From: Vitreimonas sp.
Lineage (GTDB): Bacteria > Patescibacteriota > Microgenomatia > UBA1400 > PJMF01
Reading direction: 5' to 3'
NCBI GenBank assembly: GCA_035627515.1
Contig: DASPLQ010000012.1
Coordinates: forward strand, 650,331-714,330
DNA length: 64,000 nucleotides
The notes under the pieces are model-generated. The model was not told the origin of the DNA, ran no database searches, and saw only the letters and a program-made list of their open reading frames with translations. Below, piece after piece: positions 1 through 9,735 of this stretch. A program made the translations under genes and the position numbers. Every line of letters starts with the position of its first letter. The first letter of the stretch is position 1.

Positions 1-405
1 AATTACTAAACCTGCGAAGGTAATCATAATAAAGAAAAGTTGAGCAGCACTGATAGCGGTGCCATACATTAAAAAAGAAAACAGCACTACAAATACTGAG
101 TAACTACCTACAATTGTGCCCGCTAAAGATGCTTGCGAGGTCACTAAAGCCTCATAAATGGCAACATTGGCGGAAGTAAACAACAAACCCAACAGCGCCA
201 ATTGCAGCATCAACCATGGAGTCATCAAGCTTAGCTGCTGATAGGAAAATGGCAGATAACACGACATGCCGATCAAGCTAACCAAAAAAATCCACAAGGC
301 AGTTGATTCACTGCCCAGTTTACGCGAAGCAAAAACCCCAAAAATATCACCACTACCCCAGCCAATATAAGCAATCAGGGCATAGAGAAGGGGGTGGAGG
401 GACAT
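1..405 (-). CDS. EamA/DMT-family membrane transporter, N-terminal part (gene continues beyond window start)
   Basis: Minus-strand ATG at 405. Translation MSLHPLLYALIAYIGWGSGDIFGVFASRKLG... is hydrophobic multi-helix, with the GSGD motif typical of EamA domains. Frame stays open to position 1. Confidence 0.5.
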   Translation of the reverse strand, partial: MSLHPLLYALIAYIGWGSGDIFGVFASRKLGSESTALWIFLVSLIGMSCYLPFSYQQLSLMTPWLMLQLALLGLLFTSANVAIYEALVTSQASLAGTIVGSYSVFVVLFSFLMYGTAISAAQLFFIMITFAGLVI

Positions 406-413
406 GGAGTAGA

Positions 414-1160
414 TTATAGAGAAAGGGGTCGTTTTTTCAATGTGGTACTCAATGAATTTTTGATAAAATCTTTGAGATCTGCCTCTAAGTAAATACCCTC
501 TGCTTCTAAATCACTGAAGATGCCTTTAGCTAGCCTTTCTTGGGCATCGTAAGACAGTTCAATACGGTTAAGCATTTCGCGCACTAAGCTCGTTTGCTCC
601 ATTTTTTTGGCATCAGTTTTTCTTATTCGTTTGTGGTGAACTTCTTGACTTAGATTAAAAGTCTCTATTAAATCCTCAACAATTTCTGGGGAAATATGCT
701 CTGTATCTGCATCGAGGATAAAACTAAATTCGAAGTCAATAAACCATGATCTATATTCATTGTCGCCACTTTTACTTATCAAGAGATTATGAATTAATTC
801 GTCATTTACAATAACGTTGTAACTATGAACTGTACTCAAAGTATTGATAGCAGAACGTAACAAAGGAGCAAAATCTCTTTTCAGGGTCTCAGTATCAATT
901 TCCGCCATAATCTGACCGGGTAAATATTCTCTCAAAAGTCTAATTCTATTTTCAGTTCTACGTAAACGATATGGTTGAGGTGAAACTTCTGAGTTGGCTA
1001 AATGCTGTAGGACTAGATATTCTTGCTCAATCAGGTACGCATCAAACAAAATGCTGCTCTTGCCTGTAATGCCTTCGCGCTGAGTGGGGTCGGTTACAAG
1101 GTAAATAGTACGAAAGGTATCTTTTATCCGATCGATTCGGAGTAATTTTTCATGCGTCAT
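414..1160 (-). CDS. hypothetical protein with protein-kinase-like catalytic motifs
   Basis: NDELIHNLLISKSGD resembles a kinase catalytic loop (HRDLKPENIL). WFIDFEFS resembles a DFG-like motif. No other recognisable domain. Confidence 0.35.
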   Translation of the reverse strand: MTHEKLLRIDRIKDTFRTIYLVTDPTQREGITGKSSILFDAYLIEQEYLVLQHLANSEVSPQPYRLRRTENRIRLLREYLPGQIMAEIDTETLKRDFAPLLRSAINTLSTVHSYNVIVNDELIHNLLISKSGDNEYRSWFIDFEFSFILDADTEHISPEIVEDLIETFNLSQEVHHKRIRKTDAKKMEQTSLVREMLNRIELSYDAQERLAKGIFSDLEAEGIYLEADLKDFIKNSLSTTLKKRPLSL

Positions 1161-1300
1161 AAATATGTATTATATCTGGTGAAGAGATAAAAAGCAATTA
1201 TTATAGGATTATATAGTTGCAAGGCCAGTGTCACTACTGATCGAGCGTCTGCCTGGTGGTCAGGCTGTCTTTTTCAGTCTTTTATTGATATGGTTACGTT

Positions 1301-2014
1301 ATGAAAAGTATCTATAGCCTTCCCACTCTCCAACGGATTCTTGATCGCTGGGGAATTGGTCAAATTGAAGCAGTAAACTACTTTCAAAATGTGGGGGCAC
1401 AGATCTGGCGACATCATATTGAAACTAATCAGGGTAAGTTTGAGCTCTACTCGTATCCACCTGAAGCTTATGAGTACGCAAAAAACAAACTGAAAGAATA
1501 CTTGGTTGATAGGTATGGGGTGATAAACACAACCTTAGTTCATAGTTTTGACAGATACCATCAGCTACGGCAATTGAGTACTAAACATCATATCTCTGCC
1601 AAGCAAGCCAATGCAGATTTACAAGTGCTTCAAGGTTTGAAAATCATCAAGGCCTTCCGAGTTTATGGGAGTATTTTTCAAATTCATTTAGAAGATGAAA
1701 GTGTCTTAGTTACCTATGGTAAGTGGAGTATTCAGAAATTCTCAAGCCACAGACATAATGTTGTGGTCGATTCGGCAATGAATAGCAAACAAGAACTTGA
1801 TGCTGCCATCGAGGCGTTGAAGCACGACACCCCACAGATTCAAAGGCATATCTTAAAACAAGGTTGGTTTGAACTCTATCTTTCTCACCATGTAAGCCTG
1901 CACTTTACCCGGACGGAACGCTTTGCTGCAATTGAAGTTCACCTTCATCGACGCCGGAATGACATCCACATTTTTGAAGAAACAGAAATTTACTACACGC
2001 GAGATTTAGAATAG
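1301..2014 (+). CDS. hypothetical protein
   Basis: 237-aa ORF with no recognisable motif. AT-richer than the backbone. Confidence 0.4.
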   Translation: MKSIYSLPTLQRILDRWGIGQIEAVNYFQNVGAQIWRHHIETNQGKFELYSYPPEAYEYAKNKLKEYLVDRYGVINTTLVHSFDRYHQLRQLSTKHHISAKQANADLQVLQGLKIIKAFRVYGSIFQIHLEDESVLVTYGKWSIQKFSSHRHNVVVDSAMNSKQELDAAIEALKHDTPQIQRHILKQGWFELYLSHHVSLHFTRTERFAAIEVHLHRRRNDIHIFEETEIYYTRDLE

Positions 2015-2040
2015 AAGTTGCAGACTGTGCGCAATTTGGG

Positions 2041-2127
2041 CGGAAGCGGAGGGATTCGAACCCTCGTGACCCTTGCGAGCCCCAAGGTTTTCGAGACCTG
2101 GCCGTTAGACCGCTCCGGCACGCTTCC
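2041..2127 (-). tRNA. tRNA-Ser (anticodon CGA), type II
   Basis: Reverse complement gives GGAAGCG acceptor stem, TGCCGGAGCGG D-arm, anticodon loop CTCGAAA, long variable arm, GGTTCGAATCC T-loop and discriminator G. Closely resembles E. coli tRNA-Ser(CGA). CCA is not encoded. Confidence 0.8.
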
Positions 2128-2154
2128 AGTGATACGTATGATACCTGAGTCACC

Positions 2155-4485
2155 TTGATTATTAAAGTCCTCTCTGAAAACGCAGTTTCTCTCAAGCTGG
2201 ACCTTTATAAAAGAAAGGAAACATGCTTTGATGGAATATTGACTATGATATTTGATGTTTTAAAAGAGAAAAACACTTCTGAAGCAGAACTATCTGAATC
2301 ACAAAAATATGAGCAACTTGAGCATATCTTTGATGATTTACTGAAGCGAAGATTAAATTTCACACAAGCCCTCGAGCAAGTGTTTAACCTCTACGAAAAA
2401 CCTAATTACGAGGCAGCTCGGCGGATAATGATGTCTGCCTATCATTCATTGACGCTGAGTACGCGCTTGATCTATCCCAATGGTGTGCCCGAAAATCTCT
2501 TAAAAAAGGGTATGCAAAGACTGGGCAAATTCAGCATGCGGGTGTTATCGATTGAGCAAGTCCGAAAATTGATGATGTGGTCGGGCAAACATGGTGAAGA
2601 AATACTAGGTAACTTGAACCAAGTTTTAAAAAACTCACTTGATTTTGAGTCGCGCAGAATCGAGCGATCACGCCTGGCTTTAGAACGTATGGCCAAGTTG
2701 GCTGAACATGGAGAAGAACTCATCGAACAAATATTTCGGTTTTGGTTTAAAGAAGTCAGCCGACCGTTTGTGATGAATCGGCGACCGTGTGAGTTTGACC
2801 CCACAATTGAACGCTTCGAACTTCAACAACGGATTGGTGATAAACATCTCGCTTCAGAGTTTGGCAGTTTTGTGGTGGACAAAAAACTTGATGTCGCCAA
2901 ACTTACTCAGGAGGCCAAAGCGCGATTTGATAATGGTGATCCAAACCTCATATATGCGCTGTTGATTAAAAACCAGTTGCAGAATCTGGTCATTGATCGT
3001 CAAAAAGATGAAGATGGTCATCGTGGCAAAGCCTATGAAGCAATTGAGCCCAATGAACAATACTCAGTAGTTATTTGGCGCGGCGATGAGTACAAAAAAA
3101 TCTACATACCTCATGATGTCATCAAGAAAAATGCAAATAATCGCTCAGACTTTGTCCATTATCTAAACACGAGTATTGAAATGAATAATGAGAGTGGGTG
3201 GCAAAAGTGGCCCGCACATCTTAATAAAGATGATGCCTATACAAAAGTCATCACCATGCAGGAGCGGGGGAAGTATCGCTTGGATCCTGATCGACCCGAT
3301 GTAGCAGATATGAGTTTAATTCTCAGCGATCCCACCCAAATGGATGCGGATTTATGCCAGGCAGATTATCGCAACTTTACTCACGGTAATGGTATTAATG
3401 TGGCGTTACGGGTCGCGATGGGGCCAGATGGTATGCAGCTGGTCACCAAGAATGGCCACAGTATGACTGATGGCAATCCAGCCCGGAGATTTCTAGGTCA
3501 TGTAGCCCAAAAAACATGGGATGAGTTTCATGCTTATGCCAATGCTTTCCAACCCTTGGTCGCTGATCATAATGCCCGCTACTATCCTGGACGTGAACCT
3601 AAAAGTCTCAAGGTTGATGCTCAAAATTTAGCTTCTCTGTACGAAACTGCTCGGAAATATGAAAAACCCACCACTAGTTTCACAGTTCCGTTGGAAGCTA
3701 ACAAACTCAATCAAATTTCGGACTCTTTTTATGTGGTAGTAAAGAAAGAGGCCAAAGCTGGAAGACCACCTAAGGAAACCAGGGAATATCCTTTTTCAGC
3801 ATCTAACATTATCCAATTGGCAGCCGCCTTAACGTTAGAGAAATTAGAAATTGAGTCTGACAGCACCCACCTTCTAGAAGCTGCGCCTGATTTTGGGAGT
3901 TTGGCACCCATTAACTTGCCTCTCAATAAAGAGTTAAAAAGAAAAATTTTATCTGGGCAGACATTGCTGCCAAATGAACTAGATTTGCTTTTTGCGTCGA
4001 TGGGTAAATTAGCTGCGGAACGCTCTTCGTATAAAAAAACTGGAGTCACGCCAGTCACAGTTTTAGCTACAGGTTTAGGTGAGCTGCGGCCAGACTTAGA
4101 GCCCATTACTGATCTCCTCGATGCCGCTCGCAACCGGATGACAACTCGGGTCAGCTTGCTGACGTCGCTGTTTATCCGTGGCAACCGTAACGCCCCCGAT
4201 CCAGACGCCGACTCACTTTTTAAGTCAACTATGTTTGGAACAGCATTAAGTTCTAATTACACTGATATTGGAGTCGGGGTAGAAGAGGCAGGTAAAGATG
4301 AGGACAGCAATGACCAAGCCACAATCCATGCCCGGATACGTCGGGAAAGTAATCTTAATACCCATGACTTTGAGGTGACTTTCAAAGAGGTCTATAAAAA
4401 TCTAGTCTCTTATCTACATAGATTGGCCAGAAATGCCCAAATAGGAACTGATTTTACTGGTCCTGAGACAGCAACCGCAGCATAG
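2155..4485 (+). CDS. large hypothetical protein (776 aa as ORF; true start uncertain)
   Basis: Long uninterrupted ORF with no TM segments or motifs seen. Markedly AT-rich and bracketed by two tRNA genes. Confidence 0.5.
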   Translation: MIIKVLSENAVSLKLDLYKRKETCFDGILTMIFDVLKEKNTSEAELSESQKYEQLEHIFDDLLKRRLNFTQALEQVFNLYEKPNYEAARRIMMSAYHSLTLSTRLIYPNGVPENLLKKGMQRLGKFSMRVLSIEQVRKLMMWSGKHGEEILGNLNQVLKNSLDFESRRIERSRLALERMAKLAEHGEELIEQIFRFWFKEVSRPFVMNRRPCEFDPTIERFELQQRIGDKHLASEFGSFVVDKKLDVAKLTQEAKARFDNGDPNLIYALLIKNQLQNLVIDRQKDEDGHRGKAYEAIEPNEQYSVVIWRGDEYKKIYIPHDVIKKNANNRSDFVHYLNTSIEMNNESGWQKWPAHLNKDDAYTKVITMQERGKYRLDPDRPDVADMSLILSDPTQMDADLCQADYRNFTHGNGINVALRVAMGPDGMQLVTKNGHSMTDGNPARRFLGHVAQKTWDEFHAYANAFQPLVADHNARYYPGREPKSLKVDAQNLASLYETARKYEKPTTSFTVPLEANKLNQISDSFYVVVKKEAKAGRPPKETREYPFSASNIIQLAAALTLEKLEIESDSTHLLEAAPDFGSLAPINLPLNKELKRKILSGQTLLPNELDLLFASMGKLAAERSSYKKTGVTPVTVLATGLGELRPDLEPITDLLDAARNRMTTRVSLLTSLFIRGNRNAPDPDADSLFKSTMFGTALSSNYTDIGVGVEEAGKDEDSNDQATIHARIRRESNLNTHDFEVTFKEVYKNLVSYLHRLARNAQIGTDFTGPETATAA

Positions 4486-4924
4486 GACTCCAGACAGGGT
4501 TAGAAGCCATAAAGCCAAAGACTTTGTCTTCTAATAATTTGGGGTGAAGTTGGTCAGACGGGAATAATTCCAGAAGTTGTTGGGTGAAGAGAGCGGGATC
4601 AATGGCCCGAGCTTCAGCCATTGTTTGGTTTCGTTTCATGACTGACCCTAATAATAAACCTAAGAAAAGCAAGACATCCAATTGAGTTCTGACAGTATCT
4701 TTTGAAGGCTCAGCATTAAAAATTTCGATATATATTTGGTCAGTATTACGAGCGTGGTGGGGATTGAGAAAATCAGCTAACATTCGCTCAACTTCTAGGA
4801 ACTCAGGTTCACTTAATTGAGCAAATTGTTTTAACAGTTCTTTTTCGATTTCGGGATTATATGTGCCTTGGGCGATCTGTTCAGTAGATTGGACAAATAA
4901 TTTGGAAAATTCTTTAAAAGCCAT
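4454..4924 (-). CDS. hypothetical protein
   Basis: 156-aa ORF ending beside the tRNA-Arg. No motif recognised. Confidence 0.4.
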   Translation of the reverse strand: MAFKEFSKLFVQSTEQIAQGTYNPEIEKELLKQFAQLSEPEFLEVERMLADFLNPHHARNTDQIYIEIFNAEPSKDTVRTQLDVLLFLGLLLGSVMKRNQTMAEARAIDPALFTQQLLELFPSDQLHPKLLEDKVFGFMASNPVWSPMLRLLSQDQ

Positions 4925-4934
4925 AAATCAAAAG

Positions 4935-5008
4935 TGCACCCGGCGCGATTCGAACGCACGACCCTCAGATCCGCAATCTGATGCTCTATCCAGCTGAGCT
5001 ACGGGTGC
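4935..5008 (-). tRNA. tRNA-Arg (anticodon GCG)
   Basis: Reverse complement GCACCCGTAGCTCAGCTGGATAGAGCA-TCAGA-TTGCGGA-TCTGA-GGGTCGTGCGTTCGAATCGCGCCGGGTGC-A. Near-identical to canonical bacterial tRNA-Arg outside the anticodon arm. Loop reads U33-G34-C35-G36-G37. CCA is not encoded. Confidence 0.7.
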
Positions 5009-5094
5009 ATATACAGCCAAAGTAATACTGGCGCGGTTATTAAATCAGCGAAGTTATATTGTATCGCCTGGTGCAGAGTACGTCAAAGCTCGAT

Positions 5095-5916
5095 TTATGA
5101 TTGAGCCGGTGGCGCTGAAGTTGGGGTGGGAGAAGCGCTAGGCGGTTGAGAACTGGGCTGAGTTTCAGCATCCAAAGGCAACTTTTGTTGTAACCACTCG
5201 GCAGCTTGTTCAAAGTAGCTGGGGTGAGGTTTTTGGTGGAGCAAGACCTCGGAGAGGAGCTCATCAATTTCACTAGGATTCACCTCACCGAGCACGAGTG
5301 TTAAATGAAACGGAAACCGATTAACTTCTAGATGAAGCAAGTTGGATCCATATTTATTACTAAACCAATATCGACTGAGCTCATCCCAAAAATAAAGCTG
5401 GTTATCAAGTCGCATACCGTATGTAGTGACTTGATACTTAATGATTTCTGGGGGGAAAGTATTCAGCACGTAGGCCAAAAAAGCTAGGGCAATTACAGCT
5501 GCAATTGGTAAAAATTGTCCGGCAAAGAACAGAATCAAACATACCAACAAAGCAATAATAAACACCGTGCTGAAGTATTGACGGTTACGTTTTTTGAAAG
5601 GGCGACTAGGAGCTAACCACTCAGCGACTAATTCCTCAGGCAGCGGTCGATTGGCCATTTCAGGATTAACCGGCGGGAACTCAGGAGCAGCTTGTTGGGG
5701 AGGTGGTGGCAAGGGTGCTTGAGATTGTGGAGGTGGTGGTGAAGGGAGTTCACTTTGAGTATAAGGAGCATTTAGATATTGTTCACTTGATGGCGGTGGC
5801 GAGGAAAGGGTTTCAGGCGTGGCTGCCACTTCAGATACTCCACTCCGTTGCTGACGGCGTTGGCGCATTTGTTCTAAATATTCTCGAGAGGTCGGTCGGG
5901 CAGAACTGTCACTCAT
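5095..5916 (-). CDS. membrane protein with Pro-rich N-terminal region
   Basis: N-terminus SPPPPQSQAPLPPPPQQAAPEFPP, then two TM helices and a C-terminal globular region. No known family recognised. Confidence 0.5.
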   Translation of the reverse strand: MSDSSARPTSREYLEQMRQRRQQRSGVSEVAATPETLSSPPPSSEQYLNAPYTQSELPSPPPPQSQAPLPPPPQQAAPEFPPVNPEMANRPLPEELVAEWLAPSRPFKKRNRQYFSTVFIIALLVCLILFFAGQFLPIAAVIALAFLAYVLNTFPPEIIKYQVTTYGMRLDNQLYFWDELSRYWFSNKYGSNLLHLEVNRFPFHLTLVLGEVNPSEIDELLSEVLLHQKPHPSYFEQAAEWLQQKLPLDAETQPSSQPPSASPTPTSAPPAQS

Positions 5917-5978
5917 GACGTTTTAACTATACACGATTTGTAGGGTAATGAAAATCCTGGTGCACGAAGGTTGTATAA

Positions 5979-6497
5979 TTGATGTGTATGTCTGTATATC
6001 TTTCTACTTCCGGCTGGGTAGTCTTGTCTAAAAAGAAGGAATTACCCATTCACACCCGATTGGCAGCACAACGTTTTGTGACCGATAAAGATATTAATGC
6101 ACGTCGGTTTGGTTTTCCAGAGGATTTTGATCCTGTAGTAGCAGTAGGTGTGTTGCAAGCGTTAACTTTTTTATTAAAGAATCAGGTGTTTGAAATGGAA
6201 GTGGATGTGATTGACCAACAGGCAATATTATTTAAGGAAAAGCTGAGCACAGGGGCTGCCACAGAAGCCTCTCAACGCTGGGAAGCTTTAAAAGAGTCAC
6301 AACGAGCTCAGTTAGTTTTGACCTATATGAAGCATTTTCAAGAATATCCAGTGGTGGCAGAGGTAGTATGTGAAAATATTAACTCACGTATGTCTCAGTT
6401 GCGCCATCCTCGCTGGCAGGTGACGGCTATTCCCTATGGCAGTGAATCAGATGATCTTAATCTTTTAACAACTGGCTTTTTATCGTGGTCAAAATAA
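5979..6497 (+). CDS. hypothetical protein
   Basis: 172-aa ORF. Start uncertain. Confidence 0.35.
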   Translation: MMCMSVYLSTSGWVVLSKKKELPIHTRLAAQRFVTDKDINARRFGFPEDFDPVVAVGVLQALTFLLKNQVFEMEVDVIDQQAILFKEKLSTGAATEASQRWEALKESQRAQLVLTYMKHFQEYPVVAEVVCENINSRMSQLRHPRWQVTAIPYGSESDDLNLLTTGFLSWSK

Positions 6498-6553
6498 GAA
6501 TTGCCACGGCTGTTTACTCAGAAAAATGCTAGAATAGAAACCTTCTTAACTAA

Positions 6554-6636
6554 GGAAGGGTCGCATAGTGGCCTAGTGCACTGGTCTTGAAAACCAGCAT
6601 CCGAAAGGATCGAGGGTTCGAATCCCTCCCCTTCCG
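6554..6636 (+). tRNA. tRNA-Ser (anticodon TGA), type II
   Basis: GGAAGGG acceptor stem, anticodon arm CTGGT-CTTGAAA-ACCAG, long variable arm CATCCGAAAGGATCG, GGTTCGAATCC T-loop and discriminator G. Confidence 0.8.
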
Positions 6637-6685
6637 CTCAAGTCTTATCTTTCCCGACATCATTAAACCTTGTACAATCGCGCTC

Positions 6686-9025
6686 ATGGCCGTGGCAAGA
6701 AAAAAACTGGTACTAAAGAAAATTGTGGTGGTGGTGCCGGTTTATAATGAAGCGTTATTCATCACTGATTTCCTGCAGTCCTTAACTGCAGAGCTGAAAA
6801 AGCTCAATCGTCGATATCAAGTGACAGCGTTGATCGTTAATGATGGTTCTCAAGATCAGACAGCTCACCTTCTCAAACACTGGAAAGATAAAAAATTTCT
6901 TAAAGTCATCACTCATCAGCAGAACCGAGGTAAAGGAGCCGCCTTACGGACCGGCATTGAGAAAGCTCAAGCAGCTGGCGCTCAAGCGGTGGTGGTAATG
7001 GATGGCGATTGCCAACACGAGCCCGGTGCCATCGCTGAGTTTATTACTCATCTCCAGCGTTCACCCATCGTCTTTGGATATCGTGATTTTGCCGATAAAA
7101 TGTCTTGGGTTCGTCAACTGGGGAATGGTGTGATGGCTAGTATTTTCAAACACTTTTTTACGATTAAACGCCGTGACCCCTTATGTGGCTTTATGGCATT
7201 TCGCAGTGAGATGTTACCACTTATCCAGTGGCAATCAGATGATTATGGCGTGGAAGCTGAGATTGCCGCTTTGGTAGCCAAACGCCAATTACCTTTCACT
7301 GAACTCAAAATTGCCACCATTTACCTTGATAAAAAAACCGGCTTAAACTTGCGTGACGCCACCAAAATTATGTGGCGGATACCGAGCTGGTTTGCCCTGC
7401 AAAGCCCTGGGTTACAGCGAGTGGCACAAGTAGTTGCTCGCTATCAATGGTCATTCCTTACCATTGTGGCCAGTCTGTTATTTTTAAGTTTAGCTTTTAA
7501 ATATCCATTTCAACCCAGTTCGCTAATAGGCAACTTAGAACCATATCCTGATACGCTTTACTACTCAGTGCCAGCCTGGAATTTAACTCATGGCGACTCG
7601 TGGTCGATGAGCATGCCAGGTCATTATACCAAGCAAGTCACGCCGCCATTGTATTCGTGGTATTTATTGCTGTATTTTTTTCTGATCAATGATGTGAGAG
7701 TTTTTTACTTAGCCAACTTGGTGTTGAGCGTCGCCACCATTGCTCTCTTAGTTCGTAGTCTCAAGCTATGGCTCGGTAATAATCTGCTGGCAGTGGTAGC
7801 TGCAGCGGTAGCCCTCTTTTTGTATGTGACTCAGTTTTACATTTATACCGTGCCCACACTCTTGATGGCTGAAAACATCACTTTGTTTTTGATCGTGGCT
7901 AGTCTGTGGTCTCTGCTTAGCTGGCAGGGCATTGCGCCGGTTATTGCAGGTTTTTTACCTCTCGCGTTTTTGCTGATTAAATTCTCCAACGCTCCTGTGG
8001 CATTGGTCATTGGTATAAGTGCGCTGCTGCGGGGTTGGTTTTCGAGGTGGTCAGTTAATAAAAAAGTAAGGTATGTGGTGATGCTAGGTGTCACGGGGTT
8101 GATGTTTATATGTTATGTATGGCTATCAGAAATTTTAGTGGGTCATAAAAACTTAGCCGCAGGCCAAACTTTTAGCAACATTTATTTTAGATCTAATACT
8201 CAGTTTTATTTGCAAGCGGTGGCTGGTGGTGGCACACGTTTCCTGTGGTTTACCGAAAGATTAATATCACCAGTGGTGAGCTTGTTAGCAGCGGTAGGAA
8301 TAGTAGTCATCGCGGTCAGTTTTAACCGCTCACAAAAAATCTTGAGTGCCGTTTTTATAAGTTTGGGGTTATCGACGGTTGTGCTGATGTCATTTTTTGT
8401 GACTCCTGATGCGCGGTACGTGATGATCGTTGTACCGATCATGATCCTTTTCACAGCTACTACCATCAAAAAAATACTCGGGTATCGATGGGGATGGCTA
8501 GCAGTCCTAGTCCTAGTAAGTAGCTTTTTAGTTGTGCCTGGTTTAGGTCTGCGCAGCTCCGAAATGGAGTTAATAACCATCAAAAAACAAATCGGCCTTA
8601 ACTTTAAGTATCAAGAAACACCGTGGAATTATTTAGCCGTAAAAAAATGGCAGGAATATCTAGTGACACAACCGCGATCAGCTGAACAGCAATTATATGT
8701 GGGGACATTTTTGCCACCCTATTATGTGCACGTCTTGGGTCTCAATGAAGCTCAAGCTTTGCCGATCACGTTGCAGCAAGAATTTATGACCGCTGAATTA
8801 TTAACCACGCATCAAGTGCCTAGTGTGAAAGATTTATATGCAACTTTGTTGCAGCAAGGTCATCGCGTTTTTGTTTCCGAGTACTATGCTAATAATCTTC
8901 AGGCTTGGCCCTTGGAATATAAGACCTTAACTTCAGCATTTCAGCTCACTAAAGTTCACACCGGTTGTTTAGGTGCATGTGATTTATATGAACTAAGTCT
9001 GAAAACCACCGAAAGTCAGCGGTGA
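6686..9025 (+). CDS. GT2-family glycosyltransferase (polyprenyl-phosphate sugar synthase-like) fused to a large polytopic membrane domain, possibly GT-C-like
   Basis: N-terminus VVVPVYNE...VNDGSQD...VVMDGDCQHEP is a classic DPM1/GtrB-type GT2 signature. The C-terminal 500 aa or so has at least 10 hydrophobic helices. The listed ORF start at 6587 reads through the tRNA, so the start was placed at ATG 6686. Confidence 0.7.
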   Translation: MAVARKKLVLKKIVVVVPVYNEALFITDFLQSLTAELKKLNRRYQVTALIVNDGSQDQTAHLLKHWKDKKFLKVITHQQNRGKGAALRTGIEKAQAAGAQAVVVMDGDCQHEPGAIAEFITHLQRSPIVFGYRDFADKMSWVRQLGNGVMASIFKHFFTIKRRDPLCGFMAFRSEMLPLIQWQSDDYGVEAEIAALVAKRQLPFTELKIATIYLDKKTGLNLRDATKIMWRIPSWFALQSPGLQRVAQVVARYQWSFLTIVASLLFLSLAFKYPFQPSSLIGNLEPYPDTLYYSVPAWNLTHGDSWSMSMPGHYTKQVTPPLYSWYLLLYFFLINDVRVFYLANLVLSVATIALLVRSLKLWLGNNLLAVVAAAVALFLYVTQFYIYTVPTLLMAENITLFLIVASLWSLLSWQGIAPVIAGFLPLAFLLIKFSNAPVALVIGISALLRGWFSRWSVNKKVRYVVMLGVTGLMFICYVWLSEILVGHKNLAAGQTFSNIYFRSNTQFYLQAVAGGGTRFLWFTERLISPVVSLLAAVGIVVIAVSFNRSQKILSAVFISLGLSTVVLMSFFVTPDARYVMIVVPIMILFTATTIKKILGYRWGWLAVLVLVSSFLVVPGLGLRSSEMELITIKKQIGLNFKYQETPWNYLAVKKWQEYLVTQPRSAEQQLYVGTFLPPYYVHVLGLNEAQALPITLQQEFMTAELLTTHQVPSVKDLYATLLQQGHRVFVSEYYANNLQAWPLEYKTLTSAFQLTKVHTGCLGACDLYELSLKTTESQR

Positions 9026-9036
9026 TCAGCCTTTGA

Positions 9037-9735
9037 TTAGAGAGTGGAACTGACTGCACTAGGCGATGCTTGCAACACCAACCGTTGTGAATCAAATAAG
9101 CCGGTACACGTATAAATAGTCAAAATTTCATGATCGGTAGGGAGGACAGCTTCGATTTGGTCGGGATTGACGATCATTTTCTTCATCACCGTGTATTCAT
9201 AGAGTTTATTGTCCTGAGTCTTAACCTGAATAGTATCACCGAGCTTTACTGTTTTTAAGTTCCCCAGTAAGTGCTTGCGATTATGACCATAAATGACAAT
9301 ATTACCGCCTTCCGCGGGTCGTGCTGAGCTGACTAAGTGAGTAGCAGCAGTGTCGGAAGTTTCCCAGACACCATCAGTGATTTGAGCTGGTATGACACTC
9401 GTCTGAATGTGATGATCAGGAATAATAACCTCTATGGGGAGCTCCCCGCGCAAAGCCAGTTGACCAGTCACCGTCGGAGTGACTCGAAAGGAAAGTACAG
9501 TTTGGCGATACGAGTAATACCAGGCAGAGCCCAACATTAAGTTAAGACCAAGAGTGGCGAGAATGATCCACAGCCCTGGCAACCACCGTCGGCGAGGTTT
9601 GAGCTCAGAAGGTTGTGCTAACGAGGTTGAAGGTCCCGTTACCACAGCTTGAGACTGTGAGAGGTGAGCACCTGTTTTCCGCCGTCGTGAGTGTTTTTTA
9701 TGACGCTTAGTTTTGCTTAGTTTGGAAGTAGCCAT
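9037..9735 (-). CDS. sortase family transpeptidase
   Basis: N-terminal TM anchor, IVIYGHNRKH and the TLxTC-type active-site motif ILTIYTCTG. Sits immediately downstream of an LAxTG substrate gene. Confidence 0.8.
   Translation of the reverse strand: MATSKLSKTKRHKKHSRRRKTGAHLSQSQAVVTGPSTSLAQPSELKPRRRWLPGLWIILATLGLNLMLGSAWYYSYRQTVLSFRVTPTVTGQLALRGELPIEVIIPDHHIQTSVIPAQITDGVWETSDTAATHLVSSARPAEGGNIVIYGHNRKHLLGNLKTVKLGDTIQVKTQDNKLYEYTVMKKMIVNPDQIEAVLPTDHEILTIYTCTGLFDSQRLVLQASPSAVSSTL

Noticed and set aside
6587-6685. Annotated ORF start at 6587 for the GT2 fusion gene
   Set aside because: The first 33 codons read straight through tRNA-Ser(TGA) at 6554-6636. The true start is the in-frame ATG at 6686 (MAVARKKLVL...).
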